Shown here: piece after piece, positions 17,668-26,013 of the stretch
How the letters are laid out: each line of letters begins with the position of its first letter
Numbering within the stretch: the first letter of the stretch is position 1
Assembly: GCA_964519805.1 (NCBI GenBank)
Contig: CAZFKN010000004.1
Location: forward strand, 1-63,090
Length of the DNA: 63,090 bases
Source: an uncultured Gemmatimonadaceae bacterium
GTDB taxonomy: Bacteria > Gemmatimonadota > Gemmatimonadetes > Gemmatimonadales > GWC2-71-9
Direction of reading: 5' to 3'
The notes under the pieces: model-generated
Database searches by the model: none
Told to the model about the DNA's origin: nothing
Seen by the model: only the letters and a program-made list of their open reading frames with translations
Made by a program: the position numbers and the translations under genes

Positions 17668-19485
17668 ATGACTTCCACCCCGGAATCCGCGCGCGGGGGC
17701 CGTCGGCTGCCCTCGCCGGGTCGCCTGAGCCGCCTGTGGCCACGCGTCCGGCCGTACCGTGGTGGGCTCGCGCTCGCGGTCGTGGCCCTCCTGCTGAGCG
17801 CGGCCATCGGCCTCGCCTTTCCCCAGGTCGTCCGCTACCTGCTCGACGCCGCATTCCTGCGGCAAGACCGCGCGCTGCTCGACCGAATCGCGCTGCTGCT
17901 GATCGGCCTCTTCGTCATCCAGGCGTTTCTCAACTACGTCCAGACCTACTACCTCAGCGCCACCGGTGAGCGCGCCGTGGCCGGCCTGCGGCGCGAGCTG
18001 TTCGAGAAGCTGCTCACCATGCCACCCGGGTTCTTCGCCGAGCGTCGCACGGGCGAGCTGACCAGCCGCCTGACCGCCGATATCGGCCTGCTCCAGAGCG
18101 TCATGAGCCATCAGATCGCCGAGTTCTCGCGCCAGCTCCTGGCGCTGGTCGGCGGTGTGGTGCTGCTCACCCTCATGCAGCCTCGTCTGACGTTCACGGC
18201 GATCGGCGTGGTCCCGCTCGTGGTCGGCTCGGGTTTTTACTTCGGGCGCCGGCTCAAGCGGATGACCACGGGCGTGCAGGACCGGGTGGCGGAGGCCACC
18301 GCGGTCGCCGAGGAGGCGCTGAGCCAGATCCGCACCGTGCAGAGCTTCGTGCAGGAGCCCGCCGAGCGGGAGCGCTACGGCTCCCGCGTGCTCGCGAGCG
18401 TCAAGGCGGCGCTGGTTCGGGCCGAAGTCCGCGGGCTCTTCTTCGGCATCCTCACGTTCACCACGTTCAGCGGCATCGTCGTCGTGCTCTGGCAAGGCGG
18501 GCTGCTGGTGCTGGACGGAAAGCTCTCCCCGGGCGCGCTCGTGTCGTTCCTGCTCTACACGGTCTTCATCGCGGCCGCGATCGGGGCGCTGGCGTCGTTC
18601 TTCAGCAGTTATCAGGAAGCGGTCGGCGCCGCCGAGCGGGTGTTCGAGCTGCTGGAGACGGTGTCTCCGATCGCGGACCCGCCCGTGCCGCGCGAGCTTC
18701 CCCGGCCCGTACGCGGCGCGGTGGCGTTGGAGCGCGTCTCCTTCCGCTACCTGGCCGATCCAACCGCCCCCTGGACGCTGCGGGAGATCGACCTGAGCGT
18801 GGTGCCGGGTGAGGTGGTGGCGCTGGTCGGGCCCTCGGGAGCGGGCAAGACGACGTTGGTGTCGCTGCTGCCGCGCTTCTGGGACGTGGCGGAAGGGCGC
18901 GTGCTGCTGGACGGCATCGACATCCGTGACCTGCGCCTGGCCGACCTGCGGGGCGCCATCGGGATCGTGCCGCAGGAGCCCGCGCTCTTCAGCGGCACGG
19001 TACGGGAAAACATCGCCTATGCGCGGCCGGGGGCGACCGTCGCGGAGGTCGAGGCGGCGGCCCGGGCCGCCCATGCGCACGAGTTCGTCGAGCGGCTGCC
19101 GCAGGGGTACGACACACTGGTGGGCGAGCGGGGCGTCAAGCTGTCAGGCGGTCAGCGGCAGCGGGTAGCGATTGCCCGAGCGCTCCTCAAGAATCCGGCC
19201 GTGCTCGTCCTGGACGAAGCGACCAGCAGCCTCGACAACGAGAGCGAGCGGCTGATTGAGGACGCGATGGAACGCCTGCTGGTGGGCCGGACGACGCTCA
19301 TCATCGCCCACCGACTCAGCACCGTTCGCCGCGCGGACCGGCTGATCGTGATGGATCACGGTCGCATCGTGGAGGAGGGGAGCCACACCGCACTGCTCGC
19401 GCGCGGCGGCCTCTACGCGCGACTGTACCAGCACCAGTTCCGGGAGGGGGACGTACAACTGACTGCGGTGAACGGTGAGCAGTGA
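17668..19485 (+). CDS. ABC transporter permease/ATP-binding fusion (ABCB/MsbA-type exporter)
   Basis: 605 aa with a 6-TM domain followed by an NBD. The NBD has Walker A (GPSGAGKTT), the signature LSGGQRQR and Walker B (VLVLDEATS). Confidence 0.85.
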   Translation: MTSTPESARGGRRLPSPGRLSRLWPRVRPYRGGLALAVVALLLSAAIGLAFPQVVRYLLDAAFLRQDRALLDRIALLLIGLFVIQAFLNYVQTYYLSATGERAVAGLRRELFEKLLTMPPGFFAERRTGELTSRLTADIGLLQSVMSHQIAEFSRQLLALVGGVVLLTLMQPRLTFTAIGVVPLVVGSGFYFGRRLKRMTTGVQDRVAEATAVAEEALSQIRTVQSFVQEPAERERYGSRVLASVKAALVRAEVRGLFFGILTFTTFSGIVVVLWQGGLLVLDGKLSPGALVSFLLYTVFIAAAIGALASFFSSYQEAVGAAERVFELLETVSPIADPPVPRELPRPVRGAVALERVSFRYLADPTAPWTLREIDLSVVPGEVVALVGPSGAGKTTLVSLLPRFWDVAEGRVLLDGIDIRDLRLADLRGAIGIVPQEPALFSGTVRENIAYARPGATVAEVEAAARAAHAHEFVERLPQGYDTLVGERGVKLSGGQRQRVAIARALLKNPAVLVLDEATSSLDNESERLIEDAMERLLVGRTTLIIAHRLSTVRRADRLIVMDHGRIVEEGSHTALLARGGLYARLYQHQFREGDVQLTAVNGEQ

Positions 19486-19550
19486 ACAGGGGCCCCGCGA
19501 CTCCATGGGCCCCCCTGTTCACTGTTCACTGTTCACCGTTCACCGCTTAC
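19468..19550. repeat. Mirrored heptamer arrays (GTGAACA family) forming a hairpin at the ABC exporter/hypothetical junction
   Basis: Plus strand reads GTGAACG GTGAGCA GTGAACA GGGGCCC. After an 11-12 nt loop it reads GGGCCCCCC, then TGTTCAC x3, CGTTCAC and CGCTTAC. Both flanking stop codons lie inside units. Confidence 0.8.
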
Positions 19551-20357
19551 CGCCTCCCCCTCCATCACGAATTCCGCCCGCCGCTGATCGGTCCTTCCTG
19601 CCAGATCCACCGACACCACCAGACTGTAGCGACCAGGGGCCAGGCCTACGAGGCTCACGTGCCCGTGCAGCGTGCTACCCCCGGGACGCACCTGCACCGG
19701 CACCGGCCGCCACCGGAGGGGCACTCCCCTGGTCGAGTCCTCGACCCAGACCGACATAGTTCCCGCATCGTCCTTCTCGCCGGCCGAATACACCTCGAGC
19801 AAATAGTGCGCTGTCGTCCGCGTCGGACCCAAACGCGGCAGCGCGGCCGCCGTCACCAGCGCCCCGCCGCGGCGCAGCTCGCCGGGTTGCGGCACGGTGT
19901 CGCCCGCCGATGCGAGTCGGATGGCCGGCGAGAGGAGCAGGTCCGAGGCGGTGGGTTGTCGGTCGAAGGCCTCGAGGTCGATCGCAGAGCGCGATTCCCG
20001 CCCTGTCACCACGTTCCTCACCGTGGCTTCCAGTCGATATCGCCCCGAGCTCACGAGAAACTCTACCGTTTCGACCACGCAGGGCCCGGGGTGCCGCTGC
20101 GCCGGGACCGTGGCTTTCCATGCTTCGGCGCCGACCGATGCCCCGGCAGAATCGGTAATGCGAAAGGCCACCTGATAGGCGGAACCGCTCGAGTCCACGA
20201 CGGCGCACGGAATCTCGAGGAAAGCGGTGACGCGGGTGCGGTGGTGGTCGGCCCGATAGAATCGCACGGCGCGGAGCGCGAGTTGCTCGCCGGTCTGCCT
20301 GACCGTGGGGGGAAACAGGCTCGCGGCCCCGAGCAGCGCCGCGATACACAGACGCAT
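19533..20357 (-). CDS. Hypothetical secreted protein
   Basis: The signal-like N-terminus is MRLCIAALLGAASLF. Codon usage is coherent and I recognise no family. Confidence 0.45.
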   Translation of the reverse strand: MRLCIAALLGAASLFPPTVRQTGEQLALRAVRFYRADHHRTRVTAFLEIPCAVVDSSGSAYQVAFRITDSAGASVGAEAWKATVPAQRHPGPCVVETVEFLVSSGRYRLEATVRNVVTGRESRSAIDLEAFDRQPTASDLLLSPAIRLASAGDTVPQPGELRRGGALVTAAALPRLGPTRTTAHYLLEVYSAGEKDDAGTMSVWVEDSTRGVPLRWRPVPVQVRPGGSTLHGHVSLVGLAPGRYSLVVSVDLAGRTDQRRAEFVMEGEAVSGER

Positions 20358-20367
20358 GCGCTCCGTC

Positions 20368-21534
20368 CTACGCGGTGATCAACTCGCGCTGCGGCTCGCG
20401 GGGAGTCATCTCTGGGCCGTCTGGTCCCCAATACATGTTCACCTCACTGCGGATACCGAATTCGCCCGGCAGATAGACACCCGGCTCGACCGAGAACCCG
20501 AGACCCGGGCCCAGCTGACGGTCGTCGTGCGTCTCGTAGTCATCCAGATGCGGACCCGACCCGTGAAGATCGCGATCGATGGAGTGTCCGGTGCGGTGCA
20601 CGAACCACTGTCCGAACCCCGCCCGCTCGATGACGTCCCGGGCCGCGCGGTCGCCCTCGTAGCCGGCGATCGGCCGGCCCGCGCGAGCCGCATCCCGAAT
20701 CAGTGCGACGGCCGCGTCCCGCGCATCCCGCACGACGGTCCAGACCTCCTGGACTCGCGTCGGCGGCGTCGCTCCCGCGAAGCCCATCCACGTCTGATCG
20801 GCCGAGACGCCCGCGTCGGGGGCGCCCCAGAGGTCCAGCAGCACGACCTGCCCCGCGGCAAGCGTTGCGTCGCGGCCCGCGATCGGCTCGTAGTGCGGGT
20901 TCGCGGCGTTCGCGCCGAATGCCACGATCGGCGGGTGCTCAAACGTGAGCCCGCCCTTGGTCAGCGCCTCCGTCACCCGGGCCTGCACCGCGGACTCCGT
21001 CGTCCCGGGCGATCGAACGGCCCGGGCCAGCTCCGTGCGGGCGACCGCGGCGACGTGTTCCGCGGCGGCGACGTGTCCGGCGATTTCCACGGCATTCCAG
21101 CGTGCGGCAAAGCGGGAGACGAGCGGACCCGAGGGAACGACACGCGCGCCGAGCCGGCGCAGGAGCTCCACGACACCGAATGGAACGCGGTCCAGGTACG
21201 GAACGGCATCTTCAGGTGAGACCTCCATCGACACCGTGCGCCCGCGCACCAGCGGCCCGAGGGCTGCATGCAGCTCCTCCCACCGCGCGTACGGTACGAC
21301 TCTGCCGGGGAAGCCTTCGACGCCCTGCAGCTCGATGCGATGTGCGACGGCCACCAACTCGCCCTCGCGCGGGAGCAGGACGAAGAGACGGCGAGTGCCC
21401 ATGCCGCCCACGCCGAGCACTCGCGCGGCGACCGGATTCACGCCCCGGAAGTCGTAGATGAGCCACGCGTCGGCTCCCGCTTCGTCCAGCGCGGCACGCA
21501 GCGCCGCGCGGTCGAGATCGGCCAGTGCGCTCAT
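20368..21534 (-). CDS. M24 family metallopeptidase (Xaa-Pro aminopeptidase-like)
   Basis: From the ATG at 21534 (MSALADLDRAAL). The C-terminal pita-bread motifs are HRTGHSIDRDLHG and VEPGVY. The upstream part of track ORF 20368..22227 is a shadow frame. Confidence 0.8.
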   Translation of the reverse strand: MSALADLDRAALRAALDEAGADAWLIYDFRGVNPVAARVLGVGGMGTRRLFVLLPREGELVAVAHRIELQGVEGFPGRVVPYARWEELHAALGPLVRGRTVSMEVSPEDAVPYLDRVPFGVVELLRRLGARVVPSGPLVSRFAARWNAVEIAGHVAAAEHVAAVARTELARAVRSPGTTESAVQARVTEALTKGGLTFEHPPIVAFGANAANPHYEPIAGRDATLAAGQVVLLDLWGAPDAGVSADQTWMGFAGATPPTRVQEVWTVVRDARDAAVALIRDAARAGRPIAGYEGDRAARDVIERAGFGQWFVHRTGHSIDRDLHGSGPHLDDYETHDDRQLGPGLGFSVEPGVYLPGEFGIRSEVNMYWGPDGPEMTPREPQRELITA

Positions 21535-22265
21535 TCGTATTCTCCCGCCCCCTGCCCGCGCCAGAGGCAGGCCGGATCGCCGCGGCCCTCGCAGTGCTCG
21601 TGCACCATGGTGCCCTCGAAACCAACGAGCGTGCGGAGCAGCTCGCCGTAGGCCGCGCCGTAGAACGGACACGCGCTGCCGTCGGGCATGGCGCTGATCG
21701 ACAGCGGCCGGAGCATCCGCACTTCCGGGTCGGGGCCGCTGGCGGCAAGGTCGCCGCGGAAGTAGGTCGTAGCCAGCCGGCGCGCGGCTCGGCGCGCGAG
21801 CCGCTGGCCCAGACCGGTCGGTGACACCTTCACCAGCGCGCGCGCTCCACCGCTCGCCTTGACGGCATAACGTGCCGCGCGGCGGCCGGCGTCGGCGAAC
21901 ACCAGCGGCGCATCGGGGCGTCGGCCCACGAGGCGCAGGACCGACACCAGCTCGTCCTCCGTGACGGCCCCCTCCCGCTCCGCTGCCTGGCGATAGCGGT
22001 CGATCTGCGCCGCCACGGTTTCGCTCAGACCCAGCCGGCGCGCGACGATGTCCTTCGCCAGGACCTCGAGGCCGTCCTCGACGGGCGTATCGAGATTGCG
22101 GAGCGCCTCCAGCAGGCTCAGGGGAAGGAACGCGGGGATCGGCAGCGAATCGGGCACGGGGGTGGGGGCGCGGGCGGGTCCGGAACCGCGAGACGGGGCG
22201 GAACATAGCCGGAGGACGCCGGCCCATCCAGGGGTCCTTGCGCAGGGCGAACCCTGCAGGAACAT
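21531..22265 (-). CDS. Hypothetical protein with V4R-like C-terminal Cys motif
   Basis: The C-terminus CPFYGAAYGELLRTLVGFEGTMVHEHCEGRGDPACLW resembles V4R (4-vinyl reductase / hydrocarbon-binding) domains. The stop overlaps the M24 start (ATGA). The start is uncertain: ATG 22265 or GTG 22157. Confidence 0.4.
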   Translation of the reverse strand: MFLQGSPCARTPGWAGVLRLCSAPSRGSGPARAPTPVPDSLPIPAFLPLSLLEALRNLDTPVEDGLEVLAKDIVARRLGLSETVAAQIDRYRQAAEREGAVTEDELVSVLRLVGRRPDAPLVFADAGRRAARYAVKASGGARALVKVSPTGLGQRLARRAARRLATTYFRGDLAASGPDPEVRMLRPLSISAMPDGSACPFYGAAYGELLRTLVGFEGTMVHEHCEGRGDPACLWRGQGAGEYE

Positions 22266-22271
22266 TGCGTC

Positions 22272-22850
22272 ATGACCGACCCTGCACCCGACCGGCGTGC
22301 GTTCGAGGCGGAGGTGCTGCCGCAGCTCGACAGCCTCTACCGGCTCGCACTCCGCCTGACGACGGACCCGAGCAGGGCGGAAGACCTGGTTCAGGATACC
22401 GTCCTCAAGGCTTTCCGCTCCTGGCAGCGCTTTCAGCCCGGAACCAACATCCGGAGTTGGCTGTTCACGATTTTGCGTAACACGTTCATCAATGACTACC
22501 GCCGCAGGCAGCGGGAGCCGATCCCGATGGACCTGGAGGCGGTCGAGCCGCACGCCGTCTTCAGAGCAGCCCAGGATGAAGACCCCGAGGGGACATTCTT
22601 CGCGCAGATCGTAGACGCCAAAGTCCTCGACGCAATCGACGCGCTCCCCGAGGAGTTCCGTGAAGTGCTCGTGCTGAGCGACATCGAGAATATGAGCTAC
22701 GCGGAAATCGCGGAAGTGCTGGACATACCGGTGGGCACGGTCAAGTCCCGCCTGTTCCGGGCGCGGCGCCAGCTTCAGGAGGTACTGTACGACCATGCGG
22801 TGGAAATGGGTTACATCCGGGCGCGCGACCGCGCGCCGGCCAAGCCGTAG
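22272..22850 (+). CDS. ECF-type RNA polymerase sigma-70 family factor
   Basis: Region 2 is DLVQDTVLKAFRSWQRF...IRSWLFTILRNTFINDYRR. Region 4 is MSYAEIAEVLDIPVGTVKSRLFRARRQL. Confidence 0.85.
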   Translation: MTDPAPDRRAFEAEVLPQLDSLYRLALRLTTDPSRAEDLVQDTVLKAFRSWQRFQPGTNIRSWLFTILRNTFINDYRRRQREPIPMDLEAVEPHAVFRAAQDEDPEGTFFAQIVDAKVLDAIDALPEEFREVLVLSDIENMSYAEIAEVLDIPVGTVKSRLFRARRQLQEVLYDHAVEMGYIRARDRAPAKP

Positions 22851-22868
22851 CATGCGGGGGACACGCTG

Positions 22869-23114
22869 ATGGCCGGCGGTCCGAACTGCGTCGAGGCGCT
22901 GGCGCTGCTTCAGGATTACCTGAAGCAGGAGCTCACGCCGGAGCTGGAAACCAAGATCACCACGCACCTCCAGAAATGCCGGCACTGCTTCACTCACCTG
23001 CAGTTCGAGCGCGGCTTTCTCGAGATGCTCGAGCGTAAGGCCAAGGGGCAGTGCTGCCCCGATCGCCTGCGCGACCGCATCCTCGCCTCGCTCCGTAACC
23101 CCTCCGACGCCTAG
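22869..23114 (+). CDS. ZAS-family (zf-HC2) anti-sigma factor, RsrA-like
   Basis: 81 aa, with no TM segment. The pattern C7-x25-H33-x3-C37-x2-C40 (HLQKCRHC) has the same spacing as the Zn ligands of RsrA. The gene lies directly downstream of the ECF sigma gene. Confidence 0.75.
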   Translation: MAGGPNCVEALALLQDYLKQELTPELETKITTHLQKCRHCFTHLQFERGFLEMLERKAKGQCCPDRLRDRILASLRNPSDA

Positions 23115-23137
23115 GGCGCGGGCCCGCGCCCCAGCAA

Positions 23138-23920
23138 GTGTCGCTCCTGACGGCCGTCGCGCTCGCCGCACTGTTTGCGGTCGTGGCGTGGCTGGCCGCC
23201 AGTCTCACGGCCGGTGGCGCCGTCGCCGCAACCCTGGTAGGGAGTTCCGTGCTCGTCGGAGCGGGCTGGCCCGGGGCCGCCGCCCTCGCGGCGTTCTTCG
23301 TCTCGAGCAGCGCAGTTTCGCGGATCGGTCCGGCAGCCCCACCCTTGGGGGACGCCAAGGGGAATCAACGAGACCATTGGCAGGTCTTAGCCAACGGGGG
23401 GCCCGCGGCGCTCGGCGCGCTCATCGCCCGGGGCGAGCCCGGACTCGCCCTCTGGATCGTGACGGCGAGCCTCGCTGCCGCCGCCGCGGACACCTGGGCC
23501 ACGTCGGCCGGTGCATGGAGCCGAGTCATGCCACGTCACCTCCTTACCTGGCGGCAGGTCCCGGCCGGCACGGGCGGCGGTGTCACTCTGCTCGGGTGTC
23601 TTGGCGCATTGTGCGGCGCGCTGGTCGTGGCGGGGGCGGGCGCGGTCTTCAGTGCCGATTACCGCCTCTGGCTCACGGCGGCGATAGGTTTCGGAGGGAT
23701 GGTCGTAGACTCCGCGCTCGGCGCCGCCGTGCAGGGCCGCTTCCGCTGCCCGGCCTGTGACGAGCGGTCCGAGTGGCCAACGCATCGCTGCGGTGCGACA
23801 ACGATCCTGGAGGGAGGCTGGCAGTGGCTCGACAACGACGGTGTGAACGCGCTGGCCACCACGCTGGCTGCCGTGGCCGGCTGGGCGTCGTGGGTTTGGC
23901 TCTCGGCGCGCTTGTCGTGA
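23138..23920 (+). CDS. DUF92 (TMEM19/COG1836) integral membrane protein
   Basis: Multi-TM protein. AAAADTWATSAG, VDSALGAAVQG, LDNDGVNAL and the embedded Cys pairs (CPAC...HRCG) match my recollection of the DUF92 family. Confidence 0.6.
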   Translation: MSLLTAVALAALFAVVAWLAASLTAGGAVAATLVGSSVLVGAGWPGAAALAAFFVSSSAVSRIGPAAPPLGDAKGNQRDHWQVLANGGPAALGALIARGEPGLALWIVTASLAAAAADTWATSAGAWSRVMPRHLLTWRQVPAGTGGGVTLLGCLGALCGALVVAGAGAVFSADYRLWLTAAIGFGGMVVDSALGAAVQGRFRCPACDERSEWPTHRCGATTILEGGWQWLDNDGVNALATTLAAVAGWASWVWLSARLS

Positions 23921-24315
23921 TCGAGGCTTGCCGCCCCACGCCGACCGAGCCGGCGCCCACGGCGGGCGTCCCGCTGGCTCCGCCGGGCGGAGGCGCCCCG
24001 GCGCCTCAGCCCGCGCCGTCGCTCTCACCGCTCCTCGGTACCTGGCGCGGCGTGAATACCGCGTTCCTGCCGAGCACCATACAGACCACTACCTGGCGCT
24101 TCGACGCGGACGGCGCCTGCCTCGAGACGTTCCTCACGATCACAGATGGCCTGCAATCCGAGAGCGACCGCCCGTGCTCCTGGACGGCCGACGCGACGAC
24201 CGTCACCGTCATGTACGCCGGCCCTGTCGGCCTGGTCACTTTTACTCTGCAATACAGCTTCCCCTCTCCCGACGTGCTGCGGCTCGACGCGGACGAGTTC
24301 AGCCGGGTGGCGTGA
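23890..24315 (+). CDS. Small hypothetical lipoprotein
   Basis: A possible GTG start gives VGLALGALVVIEAC, followed by a Pro-rich linker and a small beta-rich domain. The start is uncertain: the track ORF begins at 23773, inside the DUF92 gene. Confidence 0.35.
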   Translation: MGLALGALVVIEACRPTPTEPAPTAGVPLAPPGGGAPAPQPAPSLSPLLGTWRGVNTAFLPSTIQTTTWRFDADGACLETFLTITDGLQSESDRPCSWTADATTVTVMYAGPVGLVTFTLQYSFPSPDVLRLDADEFSRVA

Positions 24316-24316
24316 C

Positions 24317-25531
24317 GTGCGCGATCTGCGGGCGGACGTGCTCATCGTGGGGGCCGGGCCGGCGGGGAGCGCGAGCGGCGCGCTGCTCGCCCGCCAGGGA
24401 TTGGCGGTCGTCGTCATCGATCGCGCGGCGTTCCCCCGCGACAAGGCCTGCTCAGAATACCTGAGCCCGGAAGCCGTGCGGGTGCTCGATCGACTGGGCG
24501 TCGTATCCGACCTGGAACGGGCCGGAGCACGGCCGCTGGTCGGCACGATTGTGCGGGGACCCCTCGGCGCGCGCCTGCACGGCATCTTTGCGGAAGCGCG
24601 GCCCCACCCCGGCCGCGCTACCGGGCTCTCGGTCCGGCGCACGGTGCTTGACGCCCGGCTGGTACAGGCCGCTCGCGAGGCGGGCGCGACCGTGCTGGAG
24701 CGCACGGCGCTGGAGGAGCTGCTCTACGACGGGGGCGCCGTCGCGGGCGCCGTGGCCGGCGATCCCGATGGGCGCCGTCTGATCCACGCACGCCTCGTGA
24801 TCGGCGCCGACGGGCTCAGGTCCGCGGTGGCTCAGCGCCTCGGCGTCCGCCGCGGGGGCCGGCTCCGGCGTTACGCGCTCGTGGCGCACGTCGAGGCGGT
24901 GCGCGACCTCGGGGACTCGGCCGAGATGCACGTGGGGTCGCATGGCTATGTGGGATTGAATCGCATCGGCGACAACCTGGCCAACGTGGCGCTCGTCGTG
25001 CCTGCCGCCAGAATCCAGGGAGCGCGGGCGCGCGCGCACGACTTCTTCTTCGAGAGCCTGGAGCAGTTCCCCGGCGTGCGAGGGCGGGTGGATCCGCAGC
25101 GGCTCCAGCGACCGGTGCTCGCAACCGGGCCGTTCGACATGCGGGCGCGGCGGACGATCGCGGACGGGGCGCTGCTCGTGGGTGACGCGGCGGACTTCTT
25201 CGACCCGTTCACCGGCGAAGGCATCTGCGCCGCGCTTCGCGGGGCCGAGCTTGTGGCGGAGCACGGCGCGGCCGCGCTCGAGGCGCCGGGGCCGGTCCGC
25301 GCACGGCGCCTCGATGCCTACGCGTCGGCCCGCCGTCGGGCATTCCTGGGCAAGTGGGCCGTGGAACGGCTGATCGGCTATGCGATGGAGTGGCCCTCCC
25401 TCTTCGATCGCGCGGTTGATCGCCTCGGTCGACACCGCGACATGGCCCACACGCTCATCGGGGTCACGGGTGACTTCGTGCCCGCCGGGAGAGTGCTGAA
25501 TCCGGCCTTTCTCACGCGGATGGTCTTGTGA
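24317..25531 (+). CDS. NAD(P)/FAD-dependent oxidoreductase, geranylgeranyl-reductase-like family
   Basis: From the GTG at 24317. The motifs are a dinucleotide fold (DVLIVGAGPAGSASGALLA), FPRDKACSEYL, and IGADGLRS plus GDAADFFDPFTGEGI. The track ORF start at 24146 is off-target. Confidence 0.75.
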   Translation: MRDLRADVLIVGAGPAGSASGALLARQGLAVVVIDRAAFPRDKACSEYLSPEAVRVLDRLGVVSDLERAGARPLVGTIVRGPLGARLHGIFAEARPHPGRATGLSVRRTVLDARLVQAAREAGATVLERTALEELLYDGGAVAGAVAGDPDGRRLIHARLVIGADGLRSAVAQRLGVRRGGRLRRYALVAHVEAVRDLGDSAEMHVGSHGYVGLNRIGDNLANVALVVPAARIQGARARAHDFFFESLEQFPGVRGRVDPQRLQRPVLATGPFDMRARRTIADGALLVGDAADFFDPFTGEGICAALRGAELVAEHGAAALEAPGPVRARRLDAYASARRRAFLGKWAVERLIGYAMEWPSLFDRAVDRLGRHRDMAHTLIGVTGDFVPAGRVLNPAFLTRMVL

Positions 25532-26010
25532 GCGCGTCCGACGTCGACGACGCCCAGTTCCGCCAGCTCCTCGGCCGGTTCGCGACGGGGGTCGCCATCA
25601 TCACAGTCGCCGCGCCCGACGGCCGCCCCCACGGCATGACCGCCAACAGTCTCGCGTCCGTGTCCCTCAAGCCGCCGCTCGTCTCCCTCGCCGTCGATCA
25701 TCGCGCCGAGCTCCACGGGCTCATCACGCGCCGAGACGTCTTCGTCGCCAACATCCTCTCCAGCCCCCAGGAAGCGCTCTCCCGCCGGTTCGCGGACCCA
25801 CACGACGACCGGTTCGACGGCGTGGGTTACACCACGAGCCGGAACGGGGGGGTTCTGCTCGACGGTGCGCTCGCCCACATCGAGTGCGTACGCCATCACG
25901 TGGTGGAGGCGGGAGATCATACCATCGTGATCGGCCGCGTCGTGGGCGGCGGGACCAGCGACGGCCGGCCGCTCCTGTACTACCGGGGCGGCTACGGCAC
26001 CCTGGGCTGA
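25528..26010 (+). CDS. Flavin reductase (FMN-binding split-barrel) family protein
   Basis: FRQLLGRFATGVAIITV...GMTANSLASVSLKPPLVSL is typical of the flavin reductase-like domain. A GTGA overlap joins it to the upstream gene. Confidence 0.8.
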   Translation: MSASDVDDAQFRQLLGRFATGVAIITVAAPDGRPHGMTANSLASVSLKPPLVSLAVDHRAELHGLITRRDVFVANILSSPQEALSRRFADPHDDRFDGVGYTTSRNGGVLLDGALAHIECVRHHVVEAGDHTIVIGRVVGGGTSDGRPLLYYRGGYGTLG

Positions 26011-26013
26011 CCC

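Noticed and set aside
16549-19080. Upstream 840 codons of the 1289-aa minus-strand ORF 15211..19080
   Set aside because: Only the last 445 codons (from the ATG at 16548) look like a permease. The rest is Arg/Asp/Gly-rich and antisense to ctaB and the ABC exporter, both of which have clear family motifs.
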